Below, one piece after another: positions 1-9,233 of a stretch of 32,000 bases of DNA. The first letter of the stretch is position 1, and each line of letters opens with the position of its first letter. Made by a program: the position numbers and the translations under genes. Origin of the DNA: Candidatus Methanoperedens sp. (lineage in GTDB: Archaea > Halobacteriota > Methanosarcinia > Methanosarcinales > Methanoperedenaceae); NCBI GenBank assembly GCA_027460535.1, contig JAPZAR010000008.1, positions 49,320 through 81,319 on the forward strand, written 5' to 3'. The notes below the pieces were generated by a model, which worked only from the letters and a program-made list of their open reading frames with translations, did not search any database and was not told the DNA's origin.

Positions 1-1
1 T

Positions 2-541
2 ATCGGCCAGCCTTACTTCGCTAATTTTATTTACGGGAACGGAACCGTCTCGAACATCATCGGCACCTGGCGGGATGCAGGGCACGGCGTTTTAGATGAT
101 CTGGGATGCCACTTGCTTGACCTCGCAGCATATCTGTTCCCTGAACATCAGCGTGAATACAGGATTACCGGAGTGGGTAATTTTGAAGCGAATGCGCTTG
201 ATTACTGTGCATTTTCAACTGTTGACGGCAGGTTCCATTTTTTATGCAGCACAATCGTGTGGAAAAATACATTCACTATCGAGGCGTTCGGAAGCAAGGG
301 GTCGCTTCATCTATACGGGCTACATAAATGGGGCGGGAGCCGGCTTATCCACCGCGAACGCGTTTTCCCAAGCGGAGTCCCGGGAGAAAGCGTCATTACC
401 TCGTCAGGAGAAGATAAGACATGGGAAGAGGACATCGCTTATTTTGAAAAAATGATAAACATTGGAAAATCTTCATATGAAAATGATCTGTATATAACAA
501 AATCCATCAACGCCCTTATTTCAAATATAAAAACCCGGTGA
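2..541 (+). CDS. Gfo/Idh/MocA-family sugar oxidoreductase, C-terminal part (5' end lies outside the window)
   Basis: Frame 2 is open from base 2 (IGQPYFANFIYGNGTVSNIIGTWRDAGHGVLDDLGCHLLDLAAYLF...), so listed ORF 113..541 (TTG) is only the tail of a longer gene. The GVLxDLGxHxxD segment resembles the C-terminal domain of Gfo/Idh/MocA oxidoreductases. The stop lies 4 nt before the next gene. Confidence 0.6.
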   Translation: MGQPYFANFIYGNGTVSNIIGTWRDAGHGVLDDLGCHLLDLAAYLFPEHQREYRITGVGNFEANALDYCAFSTVDGRFHFLCSTIVWKNTFTIEAFGSKGSLHLYGLHKWGGSRLIHRERVFPSGVPGESVITSSGEDKTWEEDIAYFEKMINIGKSSYENDLYITKSINALISNIKTR

Positions 542-545
542 ACAG

Positions 546-1853
546 ATGAACCATGAAAACATCACAGGTTTTGTAGGATTGACCCATTTAGGTATAGTCT
601 CAAGCATATGCTGGGCATCCAGATTCCCGGATGCGATAGCTGTAGACCCGGACACGGGAATTATTAACAAACTGGCATCCGGGAAACTACCGATAGAGGA
701 ACCGAAACTTGCTGATCTTTTTGCTAAAAGCAGGAAAAGCATCAGGTTTACCACTGATTTTAGCCATCTATCGAGATGCAGCACAGTCTTCATCACACAG
801 GACATAAAGACCGATGAGAATAATAGGAGCGACTATGGTTCATTCTATGAGCTAGTTGAAAAAACAATACCGCATCTTTGCCATGGAACTAAAATAGTTG
901 TAATGAGCCAGGTGTCGGTAGGAACCTGCAATGAATTGAAAAGACATATAAAAGAAAGGAGACCCGATTTAGATTTTGAATTGTTTTACATGGTCGAGAC
1001 GCTAATAATTGGAAATGCGGTTGATCGTTTTCTTCAGCCTGAGAGGATAATCCTGGGGACTGAAGCCGGGAAAGGCCTGGATGAATATGCTGATCTTAAA
1101 AACCGGCTGAATGGGTTTGGTGCACCTTTAGTGGTCATGAGATATGAAAGCGCCGAACTTACAAAACTCGCCATCAATTTTTATCTTTTTAATTCCGTGT
1201 CATATGCCAATGCCATTGCCGATCTTTGTGAAGCTTATGGGGCGGACATGAATGAAATAATACCGGCGCTTCGGCTCGATAAAAGGATAGGTCCTTATGC
1301 ATATATTCGGCCAGGTCTCGGGGTCACGGGTGGGAACCTTGAACGTGATATGATCTCTCTCTCACAGCTTGAGGAAAATAAAAACTTGAATTCGGATCTG
1401 ATCAGGGTTCTCGTGAACTTGAATCAAACCCGTTACAAATGGGTTGAGAAAAAATTACGGGAATATTTATTCCAGAACGTGAAAAAACCAAGAATATGTA
1501 TCTGGGGCCTTGCCTACAAAAGGGATGTAACGTCATTAAAGAATTCCATTGCTTTAAAATTAATCGATGAGTTGTCGGATGAAGCCGCCATCAGCGCATT
1601 CGACCCGCTCGTAAGATCCACAGGTCATCCTGGAAATGTGGATATTGCTCAGGATAGATATGCCGCGGTGGAAGGAGCCCACTGTTTAATTCTGCTCACT
1701 GACCCGGATGAGTTTAAGGCGCTGGATGTCAAAAAGTTAAGAAAACTCATGGAATATCCTTTAATAATTGATTGCGTCAATCTCTATTCCAACCGAATCG
1801 AAGAGCTTGAAGATTTTAAATATATCGCAATTGGCATGGCAATAAAGGAGTAA
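546..1853 (+). CDS. Nucleotide-sugar dehydrogenase family protein (UDP-glucose/GDP-mannose dehydrogenase-like), atypical active site
   Basis: 435 aa. N-terminal Rossmann segment GFVGLTHLGIV, ELTKLAINFYL (KLxxN), LDKRIG and LNQTR motifs, and a C-terminal UDP-binding-like domain fit the family. The nucleophile position reads GGNLERD instead of GGxCxxKD. Confidence 0.8.
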   Translation: MNHENITGFVGLTHLGIVSSICWASRFPDAIAVDPDTGIINKLASGKLPIEEPKLADLFAKSRKSIRFTTDFSHLSRCSTVFITQDIKTDENNRSDYGSFYELVEKTIPHLCHGTKIVVMSQVSVGTCNELKRHIKERRPDLDFELFYMVETLIIGNAVDRFLQPERIILGTEAGKGLDEYADLKNRLNGFGAPLVVMRYESAELTKLAINFYLFNSVSYANAIADLCEAYGADMNEIIPALRLDKRIGPYAYIRPGLGVTGGNLERDMISLSQLEENKNLNSDLIRVLVNLNQTRYKWVEKKLREYLFQNVKKPRICIWGLAYKRDVTSLKNSIALKLIDELSDEAAISAFDPLVRSTGHPGNVDIAQDRYAAVEGAHCLILLTDPDEFKALDVKKLRKLMEYPLIIDCVNLYSNRIEELEDFKYIAIGMAIKE

Positions 1854-1855
1854 AA

Positions 1856-2725
1856 ATGAAAAACAGGAATCTTAATATATTGATCACAGGCGGCGGCTCC
1901 GGCATAGGGGCTGCATTGGCCGGGGATTTAAGTGCATATGGTAATTCGGTCATTATTTGCGGCAGGAAGGAAAAGAATTTAAAAAATGTGGCTGGAAAAG
2001 GTAAAAATATATATTACCACACCTGCGATGTATCAGATGAAAAAAGTGTTATCGACCTTTTAAATTTTGTTAAGACTAAATTTAATCACATTGATGTAAT
2101 AATAAATTCTGCAGGTCTTTTTGGGGCAATAGGACGATTTGATAAGACCGACTCACAAATGTGGAAAAAGACTTTTGAGATAAATATGTTCGGAGCATAC
2201 CTTGTCACAAAGCATTTTTTAGAACTTCTTATGCACTCCGAAGTTAAGAAAATAATTAATTTTTCAGGGGGTGGTGCATTTGGCGCTTTTCCCAATTACA
2301 GCGCCTATGCTGTTTCCAAGGCAGCGGTGGTCCGCTTTTCAGAGAACATTGCAGTAGAGCTAAAAGACCTTGGCGTACAGGTAAATTGTGTAGCTCCAGG
2401 ATTTGTTGCTACCGAGATACACGATGCTACGCTCCAGGCCGGGGAAGGGACCGCAGGTGAGCATTTCAAAAAAACAAAGATTCAGCTAAAAGAAGGCTCA
2501 GTCCCAATGGAGGTTGTGGTTGATTGTGTGAAATTTCTAATTTCATCTGAATCAGATGGATTGACTGGTAAAACCATCAGTGCAAGCTTCGATAAATGGA
2601 ACACGGAAACTTTTAAAAAATCTGTCAGGCAAATAACTGATTCAGAACTCTATACAATGAGGCGCATAAATCTTGCCAACCTGGATGAAAAAGATGAATT
2701 GAGAAAAAAATTAATGAACTTATAG
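1856..2725 (+). CDS. Short-chain dehydrogenase/reductase (SDR) family oxidoreductase
   Basis: 289 aa with ITGGGSGIGAALA cofactor motif, NSAG, and YSAYAVSKAA (YxxxK). 2-nt gap to the upstream gene, with GGAG just upstream of the ATG. Confidence 0.85.
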   Translation: MKNRNLNILITGGGSGIGAALAGDLSAYGNSVIICGRKEKNLKNVAGKGKNIYYHTCDVSDEKSVIDLLNFVKTKFNHIDVIINSAGLFGAIGRFDKTDSQMWKKTFEINMFGAYLVTKHFLELLMHSEVKKIINFSGGGAFGAFPNYSAYAVSKAAVVRFSENIAVELKDLGVQVNCVAPGFVATEIHDATLQAGEGTAGEHFKKTKIQLKEGSVPMEVVVDCVKFLISSESDGLTGKTISASFDKWNTETFKKSVRQITDSELYTMRRINLANLDEKDELRKKLMNL

Positions 2726-2747
2726 ATACCATTAAAGTAGTAATTCT

Positions 2748-3344
2748 ATGTCCTACCTAAATCAATATCTGGATGATGCTAAAAAAATAATCGATCAATT
2801 GGATCATGTGGAGATCGAAAAGATAATAAGATTGCTGGTCAATGTCCGTGAAGACGGCGGACGCATTTTTTTCCTGGGCGTCGGTGGCGGGGCCGGGAAT
2901 GCATCACATGCGGTCAACGATTTTCGAAAGATAGCCGGAATAGAATCCTATGCACCAACGGATAATGTATCCGAACTGACGGCAAGAACAAATGATGAGG
3001 GGTGGGATACTGTTTTTGCTAAATGGCTGAAAGTCAGCAAGCTCGATGCAAATGATATGGTGTTCGTATTTTCAGTTGGAGGGGGCAACTTGGAAAAAAA
3101 CATAAGCGCAAATATCGTGAAGGCGCTGGAATATGCTAAATCGGCAGGGGCGAAGATATGCGGTGTAGTCGGTAGGGACGGCGGGTACACGGCAAAAGTG
3201 GCGGATGCCTGCGTGATAGTCCCTATAGTGAATAAGGATACGGTTACTCCTCATACAGAATCATTCCAGGCGCTGGTGTGGCATTTACTTGTATCCCATC
3301 CTGACCTGAGTATTCATGAAATGAAATGGGAATCAGTTAAATAA
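2748..3344 (+). CDS. SIS-domain sugar-phosphate isomerase, GmhA (sedoheptulose-7-phosphate isomerase)-like
   Basis: 198 aa, the GmhA size class. GGRIFFLGVGGGAGNASHAVNDF parallels the GmhA GNGGSAADAQHFAAEL segment. A C-terminal TPHTESFQALVWHLL parallels the GmhA QExH...H region. Confidence 0.7.
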   Translation: MSYLNQYLDDAKKIIDQLDHVEIEKIIRLLVNVREDGGRIFFLGVGGGAGNASHAVNDFRKIAGIESYAPTDNVSELTARTNDEGWDTVFAKWLKVSKLDANDMVFVFSVGGGNLEKNISANIVKALEYAKSAGAKICGVVGRDGGYTAKVADACVIVPIVNKDTVTPHTESFQALVWHLLVSHPDLSIHEMKWESVK

Positions 3345-3383
3345 TAGTATTGTATATAATAATCTAAAAAAGGAGACTGAAAT

Positions 3384-4073
3384 ATGCCGATCTTTCTGGA
3401 TTCGAGTATAATATCGGAAATTGCAAAATACCATAAAATGGGAATAATCAGAGGAGTAACGACCAATCCGACCATCATGCTGAAGGATGGGGTCGGCGGC
3501 GGAATGTCAGGCATCAAGAAACGTTCGATCGAAATTGCAGAATTAATCGCGCCGTATCCTGTATCTGTCGAGGTAATGACCAACGACCGTGATGGGATGA
3601 TAGAGCAGGCGAAGGAATTTGCCGGATGGGCTGATAACATCAATGTCAAAATAACGATACATGGCCCGAATGGTGAACTTGAGAACCTTGAAGTGGTCCA
3701 TGAACTCGAAACAGAATATAACGTCAGGGTCAATGTGACCGCAATGATGAGCGCGCAGCAGTGCCTTCTGGCAGCGCTTTCAGGGGCGACATATGTTTCG
3801 ATATTCGGCGGCAGGGTCAACAATATGGGATATAACTGCTGTGAAGAAATAAGGAAACTGCGAAATCTTATCGATGATTTTGATCTTAAATCAAAAATTA
3901 TCGTCGGTTCCACACGGGAAGTATTGAATATCGTAGAATGGCTTGAAGCCGGGGCCCACATTGTGACAACAACCCCAAATCTTCTTGAAGGAATGATCGT
4001 TCATCCGTACAGTAAGGAAACTGTGCAGATGTTCCTGAAGGATGCTAAAAAAATTGAATCGATGCTGAAATAG
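3384..4073 (+). CDS. Transaldolase / fructose-6-phosphate aldolase (short type 3B)
   Basis: 229 aa. N-terminus MPIFLDSSIISEIAKYHKMGIIRGVTTNPTI matches the FLDTA...GVTTNP signature. A Schiff-base lysine context NINVKI is present. Strong SD (AAGGAG) lies 8 nt upstream. Confidence 0.85.
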   Translation: MPIFLDSSIISEIAKYHKMGIIRGVTTNPTIMLKDGVGGGMSGIKKRSIEIAELIAPYPVSVEVMTNDRDGMIEQAKEFAGWADNINVKITIHGPNGELENLEVVHELETEYNVRVNVTAMMSAQQCLLAALSGATYVSIFGGRVNNMGYNCCEEIRKLRNLIDDFDLKSKIIVGSTREVLNIVEWLEAGAHIVTTTPNLLEGMIVHPYSKETVQMFLKDAKKIESMLK

Positions 4074-4095
4074 TTGTAAGAGAATTAATATCGGT

Positions 4096-4641
4096 GTGAC
4101 AAATATCAACAACAGGGCTGTGTTTCTGGACAGGGATGGGGTCATAAATGAGATCGTTTTTCACGATGGCGAGAAACCGTCATCGCCCTGGAGATTTGAA
4201 GAATTCAAGTTAGTTGCCGGAATAGAAAAGCCCCTTGGGGAATTATCTTCGATGGGCTATTATCTCTTTATAATTTCAAATCAACCAGACATATCAAGGG
4301 GCTATATTGAGGAGGGCACGACAGAGAAAATAAACGAGATGCTGTACGAACTGTTCCCTATCCAGGATATAATGGTCTGCCCACATGACGACCGCGATAA
4401 ATGCACCTGCCGTAAACCCAAACCTGGAATGCTTATGGACCTTTCAAAAAAATGGAAGGTAGATCTAATAAGGTCTTTCTTAATAGGGGATAACTGGAAA
4501 GATATAGATGCCGGAAAAGCCGCCGGGTGTATAACGCTCTTAATAGATAAACCATATAATCAATCTGTTAAGGTTGATTATAGAGTAGAATCCCTTGAAG
4601 ATGCAGTAGTATTAATAAGGAAGATAGGTGGAGATTTATGA
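4096..4641 (+). CDS. gmhB: HAD-IIIA phosphatase, D-glycero-D-manno-heptose 1,7-bisphosphate phosphatase (GmhB)-like
   Basis: 181 aa with a GTG start. AVFLDRDGVIN (DxDx nucleophile motif), ISNQPDISRG, and CPHDDRDKCTCRKPKPGML (zinc-loop plus RKPxPGM) are diagnostic of the GmhB/HisB-N subfamily. Confidence 0.75.
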   Translation: MTNINNRAVFLDRDGVINEIVFHDGEKPSSPWRFEEFKLVAGIEKPLGELSSMGYYLFIISNQPDISRGYIEEGTTEKINEMLYELFPIQDIMVCPHDDRDKCTCRKPKPGMLMDLSKKWKVDLIRSFLIGDNWKDIDAGKAAGCITLLIDKPYNQSVKVDYRVESLEDAVVLIRKIGGDL

Positions 4642-5831
4642 ATATCTGCATTTTCGCTAAAGGCTTGCCCGTTCATATTACAGGGGGAATGGAGATCCAT
4701 GTTCAATCTTTAGTTGATGGACTCATCAAAAGACAGCATAAAGTAACCGTAATAACCACCAGGCACCCGCTGGGAATTAAGAAAGAAGAGAAAGGAAATT
4801 TGAAAATCTACTACGTGGGTGATAAATCCCTTAAATGTACGGCGAGATTTTATGAAGAATCTCTGGAATTATTTGAAAAACTGAACTATGAAGAAAGATT
4901 TGATATAGTTCACAGTCAAAGCACCTCTGGTTATGGATTTGCGAGATTCTGTCATAATGAAATACCCTTTATCGTAACTTTTCAGGGAACAACGTTAAAC
5001 GAAATAATCAGCGCGATAAATACAAAATCAATAAAAGGTTTTATCATTGCATTATATATATTTTATAATGATTTTCTAATAAATCATAATAAAGATGATA
5101 AAATCACAAGCAAGAGAGCCAGCAAAATAATTGCGGTCAGCAATGAATTAAAAGAGGATCTCAAAAAACAATACAACATCCCTGAAGAAAAATTTATTTT
5201 GATCCAGAACGGTATTGATGTAGATACATTCAGACCGGATTTAGAGGTTTCAGGTCTGAAAGAAAAATATCAACTTCAAAACAAGAAAATTATCCTGTCA
5301 ATTGGCGTGATGACCGGGCAGAAAGGGCATGATCTCCTTATTCGGGTCATGCCTGAACTTTTAAAAGAGGATAGGGAAATAAAGCTGGTTCTGGTGGGAT
5401 ATGGCCCGGCCATGGAGAATTTAAAGAAAATGGCTCAGGAACTTAAGGTTTCCGATCATGTGGTCTTCACAGGAAAAGTATCGCACGAAGAGCTGAAATT
5501 TTATTACAATATTGCAGATGTTTTTGCCTTCCCGACGCTGAGAGTGGAAGCCGGGCCTCTGGTGATCCCTGAGGCGATGGCCTGTGAGAGGCCTGTCATT
5601 GCATCAAGGATAGGCGGGATTCCTACTGTCATAGAGAATTATATCGATGGGATTTTAATCCAACCCGGCAATCTCAGGGAATTAAAGGAAAAAATACTTG
5701 AAGTTTTAAAAAATGAGGAGCTGGGAGCTAAGCTTGGGAAAAATGCACGGAGAAAGATAATGGAACGGTACAGCGTGGATAGAATGGTTGATGACACAAT
5801 AAAAGTTTATGAGAAGGCTTTAGGAAAATGA
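4638..5831 (+). CDS. Glycosyltransferase family 4 (GT-B, GT1/GT4 type)
   Basis: 397 aa. The C-terminal half has the typical GT4 pattern (VFAFPTLRVEAGPLVIPEAMACERPVIASRIGGIPTVI...DGILIQPGN). ATGA start/stop overlap with gmhB. Confidence 0.85.
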   Translation: MNICIFAKGLPVHITGGMEIHVQSLVDGLIKRQHKVTVITTRHPLGIKKEEKGNLKIYYVGDKSLKCTARFYEESLELFEKLNYEERFDIVHSQSTSGYGFARFCHNEIPFIVTFQGTTLNEIISAINTKSIKGFIIALYIFYNDFLINHNKDDKITSKRASKIIAVSNELKEDLKKQYNIPEEKFILIQNGIDVDTFRPDLEVSGLKEKYQLQNKKIILSIGVMTGQKGHDLLIRVMPELLKEDREIKLVLVGYGPAMENLKKMAQELKVSDHVVFTGKVSHEELKFYYNIADVFAFPTLRVEAGPLVIPEAMACERPVIASRIGGIPTVIENYIDGILIQPGNLRELKEKILEVLKNEELGAKLGKNARRKIMERYSVDRMVDDTIKVYEKALGK

Positions 5832-6547
5832 ACATTCAATCCTCGTGGAAGAAGAGAAATGAAGATTTGCTTTACCGCGGAAAAATATCCTATCTTTCTC
5901 CCTATAAAATTGAAAATCAGTCCATCCTGGATGCGTTAATCAAAGCCAAAAAATACGCCTGCGGGAACATATTGGATATGGGCTGCGGAAATAAACCGTA
6001 TGCTCTTATTTTTCGCGAAGAAAATTATATTGGAATTGATTTACCCCTCTCTGAATCTGCAAATAAGGAAGAGAAAAAAGCAGATGTTCATGGTTCCGTT
6101 TTGGAGCTGCCTTTTAAATCAAACAGTTTTGATACTGTTATCTCGCTCCAGGTGCTTGAACATGTTCCTGAACCGAAAGAAATGCTAAAAGAGGCACATA
6201 GAGTCCTAAAAAGGGACGGACATCTGATATTGACAGCCCCCATGACATGGGGATTGCATGAGATTCCGCATGATTATTATCGTTACACTAGATACGGATT
6301 AAAATATCTTGCAGAGAGTCTCGAATTTGAGATCGTCTATATTGAGGAAAGATGCGGTTTCTGGGGCATGATTGGACAAAGATTAAGTAGCTGGTCATAT
6401 CATTGGAGAGGGACGCCAGCGTCAATATTTGGAGAAATGATAAAAAGAAGTTCATGTGCGGTTATCCAGGCATTCTTTTTGTCACTGGACAGACTGGACA
6501 GACAGGAAGGAGATACTTTAGGCTACATAATGGTAGTGAAAAAGTAA
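5828..6547 (+). CDS. Class I SAM-dependent methyltransferase
   Basis: 239 aa. Motif I ILDMGCGNKPY, post-I IGIDL, and FDTVISLQVLEHVPEP...LKRDGHLILTAP. ATGA overlap with the upstream GT4. Paralog of 9349..10053. Confidence 0.8.
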   Translation: MNIQSSWKKRNEDLLYRGKISYLSPYKIENQSILDALIKAKKYACGNILDMGCGNKPYALIFREENYIGIDLPLSESANKEEKKADVHGSVLELPFKSNSFDTVISLQVLEHVPEPKEMLKEAHRVLKRDGHLILTAPMTWGLHEIPHDYYRYTRYGLKYLAESLEFEIVYIEERCGFWGMIGQRLSSWSYHWRGTPASIFGEMIKRSSCAVIQAFFLSLDRLDRQEGDTLGYIMVVKK

Positions 6548-6581
6548 TAAAATTATTAAGATATAATCAGAAGATGGTATT

Positions 6582-7310
6582 ATGAAGGGAATAATATTAG
6601 CAGGCGGAAAAGGAACTCGCTTATATCCTCTGACGAAGGTCACCAACAAGCACTTATTGCCTGTTGGAAAGGAACCTATGATATTTCATCCCATCAGACA
6701 ACTGGTAAGTGCCGGGATACTACAAATAATGATAGTGACCAGTACCGACCACATGGGAGACATTGTCAAAGTTTTAGGTAGCGGAAAAGAATTCGGATGT
6801 GAATTTACATTCAAAGTGCAGGAGGAAGCCAAGGGGATAGCTGATGCATTATCATTAGCTGAAAACTTCGCGGGCAATGATAAGATCGTGGTTTTCCTGG
6901 GGGATAACGTTTTTGAATACAGCATATCTCCTTATGTCAGGAATTTTGAAAAACAGGAGAAAGGTGCAAGGGTACTGTTGAAAAAAGTGAATGACCCGGA
7001 GAGGTTCGGAATAGCTGCAATGGATGAAAAACACATACTTGAGATAGAAGAAAAACCGCAATCACCTAAAACAGATTTTGCCGTGGTCGGGGTTTATATG
7101 TACAATCCAAAGGTTTTTGATATCCTCAAAAAGATAAAGCCGTCAGATCGAGGTGAATACGAGATAACTTCCGTGAACAATGTATATATCAAAGATCATG
7201 AATTAAAATATGACATTGTTAAAGGCCGCTGGGTGGACAGTGGAACTTTCGAATCCTATTTTGAGGCAAATGAACTGTTATACCAATTGAATAATAAAAT
7301 AAAGATGTGA
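6582..7310 (+). CDS. Sugar-1-phosphate nucleotidyltransferase (short RmlA/glucose-1-phosphate thymidylyltransferase-like)
   Basis: 242 aa. MKGIILAGGKGTRLYPLTKVTNKHLLPV (GGxGTRLxPLT signature) and RGEYEITSVNNVYI...GRWVDSGTFES. It sits directly upstream of rfbB. Sugar and nucleotide specificity cannot be fixed by eye. Confidence 0.8.
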   Translation: MKGIILAGGKGTRLYPLTKVTNKHLLPVGKEPMIFHPIRQLVSAGILQIMIVTSTDHMGDIVKVLGSGKEFGCEFTFKVQEEAKGIADALSLAENFAGNDKIVVFLGDNVFEYSISPYVRNFEKQEKGARVLLKKVNDPERFGIAAMDEKHILEIEEKPQSPKTDFAVVGVYMYNPKVFDILKKIKPSDRGEYEITSVNNVYIKDHELKYDIVKGRWVDSGTFESYFEANELLYQLNNKIKM

Positions 7311-7353
7311 TAATGAATAAGATGCTGGAATCTATGCCTGCCGGAGTGAATGC

Positions 7354-8301
7354 ATGAAGCTCTTAATTACGGGAGGTGCGGGTTTTATTGGAAGTAATTT
7401 TGTCCGATACATGCTGGAAAAGCGCCCGGATGATGAGATCGTGGTCATAGATAAGCTCACATATGCCGGGCGGCTTGAAAATCTGGATGATATAAAAAAG
7501 AAGATATCGTTCATAAAAGGGGACATCTGCAGCAGAGAAGATGTCGAAAAAGCGATAAAAGATTGTGACATTGTTTTTAATTTCGCGGCCGAGACCCATG
7601 TGGATAGATCAATAAAGGAACCCGGCGCTTTTATCAAGACTGATGTTCTTGGAACATATACCTTGCTTGAGGCCGCAAGAAAATATGAGATTAAGAAATA
7701 TATCCAGATAAGCACAGATGAGGTCTATAGCTCAATAGAAAAGGGCTCTTTCAAGGAAGATGATATATTAAAGCCTGCATCGCCGTATTCCGCAAGCAAA
7801 GCCGGCGCAGATCTGCTGGTCGGGGCTTATTATAAAACCTATGGCCTCCCGGTCCTGACTACCCGCAGTTCTAATAACTTCGGTCCCTATCAATATCCGG
7901 AAAAACTTATACCACTCTTTATAATAAACGCAATACAAAACAAACCACTGCCGGTGTACGGTGATGGGATGAATGTAAGAGATTGGATATATGTTCTGGA
8001 TAATTGTTCAGCTATTGACATGGTGTATCAAAAGGGAACCCCGGGAGAGATTTACAATATCGGCGCTGGAAATGAAAAAACGAATTTGGAGATCACTGAC
8101 CTGATCCTTTCCGAACTTGATAAGCCAAATAGTCTGATAAAATTTGTAGAAGATAGACCGGGGCATGATAGAAGATACTCATTGGATTTTACGAAAATAA
8201 AAAGACTCGGATGGGAACCAGAGCATGATTTTGAGACTTCTTTGAAGTCAACGATAAAATGGTATAAAAAGAATGAATGGTGGTGGAAACCACTTTTATG
8301 A
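7354..8301 (+). CDS. rfbB: dTDP-glucose 4,6-dehydratase
   Basis: 315 aa with LITGGAGFIGSNF, STDEVY, PYSASKAGADLL, and the C-terminal RPGHDRRYSLD...LGWEP...WYKKNEWWW typical of RmlB. Confidence 0.9.
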   Translation: MKLLITGGAGFIGSNFVRYMLEKRPDDEIVVIDKLTYAGRLENLDDIKKKISFIKGDICSREDVEKAIKDCDIVFNFAAETHVDRSIKEPGAFIKTDVLGTYTLLEAARKYEIKKYIQISTDEVYSSIEKGSFKEDDILKPASPYSASKAGADLLVGAYYKTYGLPVLTTRSSNNFGPYQYPEKLIPLFIINAIQNKPLPVYGDGMNVRDWIYVLDNCSAIDMVYQKGTPGEIYNIGAGNEKTNLEITDLILSELDKPNSLIKFVEDRPGHDRRYSLDFTKIKRLGWEPEHDFETSLKSTIKWYKKNEWWWKPLL

Positions 8302-9233
8302 GTAGCTGTCTCATATTAGGTGGAAACGGATTTATAGGCTCTCAGATAGCTAAGATTTTGGTTGAGAACGGTTACAGTGTCAAAATATTGAGTGATCTTA
8401 AATCCGGTACTTCCAATCTCGAACCTATATTGGATAGAATTGAGATAATCAAAGGTAATTTTTTGGACCGAGGAATTCGAAAAAAGGCCATTAAAGACGT
8501 TGAGTTCGTTTTCCATAACATTTCTACCACCAATCCCCAGAATTCCATCCTCGATCCTGTATATGATGTGGAATCAAATGTAATTGGGACAATAGGTTTA
8601 CTGCAGGACCTGATAAATACTAATGTCAGGAAAATCATATTTACATCCTCTGGAGGCACAGTTTATGGGGAACCCCCAAAAGTTCCCGTGGGCGAAGACG
8701 AACCAACGAATCCCATATGCCCCTACGGCATATCAAAATTGGCGATTGAAAAGTATATACAATATTTCAATTACGCATACGGGTTGGATTACACAATATT
8801 CAGATATTCCAATCCCTACGGAGAAGGTCAATATCCCTCCAAGGGGCAGGGAGTTATTCCCGCATTCTTAAGCAATATCGCAAAAGGAAAGCCGCCTGTG
8901 ATCTATGGTGACGGCAGCATTATAAGGGATTATGTGTATATAAAGGATGTAGTGGACGTAAATTTGATCGCTATTTCCCGGAAAATCAAATCGGAACACC
9001 ATATTTTCAATGTGGGAAGCGGTACGGGTACATCTCTGAATGACCTGGTTGATACAATGTCGGAGGTTATTGGGAATCGAATAACACCCGAATATGTAAA
9101 CGTAAGAAAAGGTGATGTGTCCAGAATAGTACTGGATATAGCACGAATAAAAAAGGAATACGCCTGGAAGCCCAAGACTTCGCTGGCTGAAGGTATAAAG
9201 AATACTTGGAACTGGGTAAAGCAGATCACATGA
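8298..9233 (+). CDS. NAD-dependent epimerase/dehydratase family protein (UDP-glucose 4-epimerase-like)
   Basis: LILGGNGFIGSQIA Rossmann motif and YGISKLAIEKY (YxxxK). I prefer ATG 8298 (MSSCLILGG), which forms an ATGA overlap with the rfbB stop. The ORF track's 8277 start would overlap rfbB by 25 nt. Confidence 0.8.
   Translation: MSSCLILGGNGFIGSQIAKILVENGYSVKILSDLKSGTSNLEPILDRIEIIKGNFLDRGIRKKAIKDVEFVFHNISTTNPQNSILDPVYDVESNVIGTIGLLQDLINTNVRKIIFTSSGGTVYGEPPKVPVGEDEPTNPICPYGISKLAIEKYIQYFNYAYGLDYTIFRYSNPYGEGQYPSKGQGVIPAFLSNIAKGKPPVIYGDGSIIRDYVYIKDVVDVNLIAISRKIKSEHHIFNVGSGTGTSLNDLVDTMSEVIGNRITPEYVNVRKGDVSRIVLDIARIKKEYAWKPKTSLAEGIKNTWNWVKQIT

Noticed and set aside
8277-8297. Longer start (ATG 8277, MVVETTF...) for the epimerase gene.
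   Set aside because: It would overlap rfbB by 25 nt. ATG 8298 gives an ATGA stop/start overlap and puts the Rossmann motif at the usual distance from the N-terminus.
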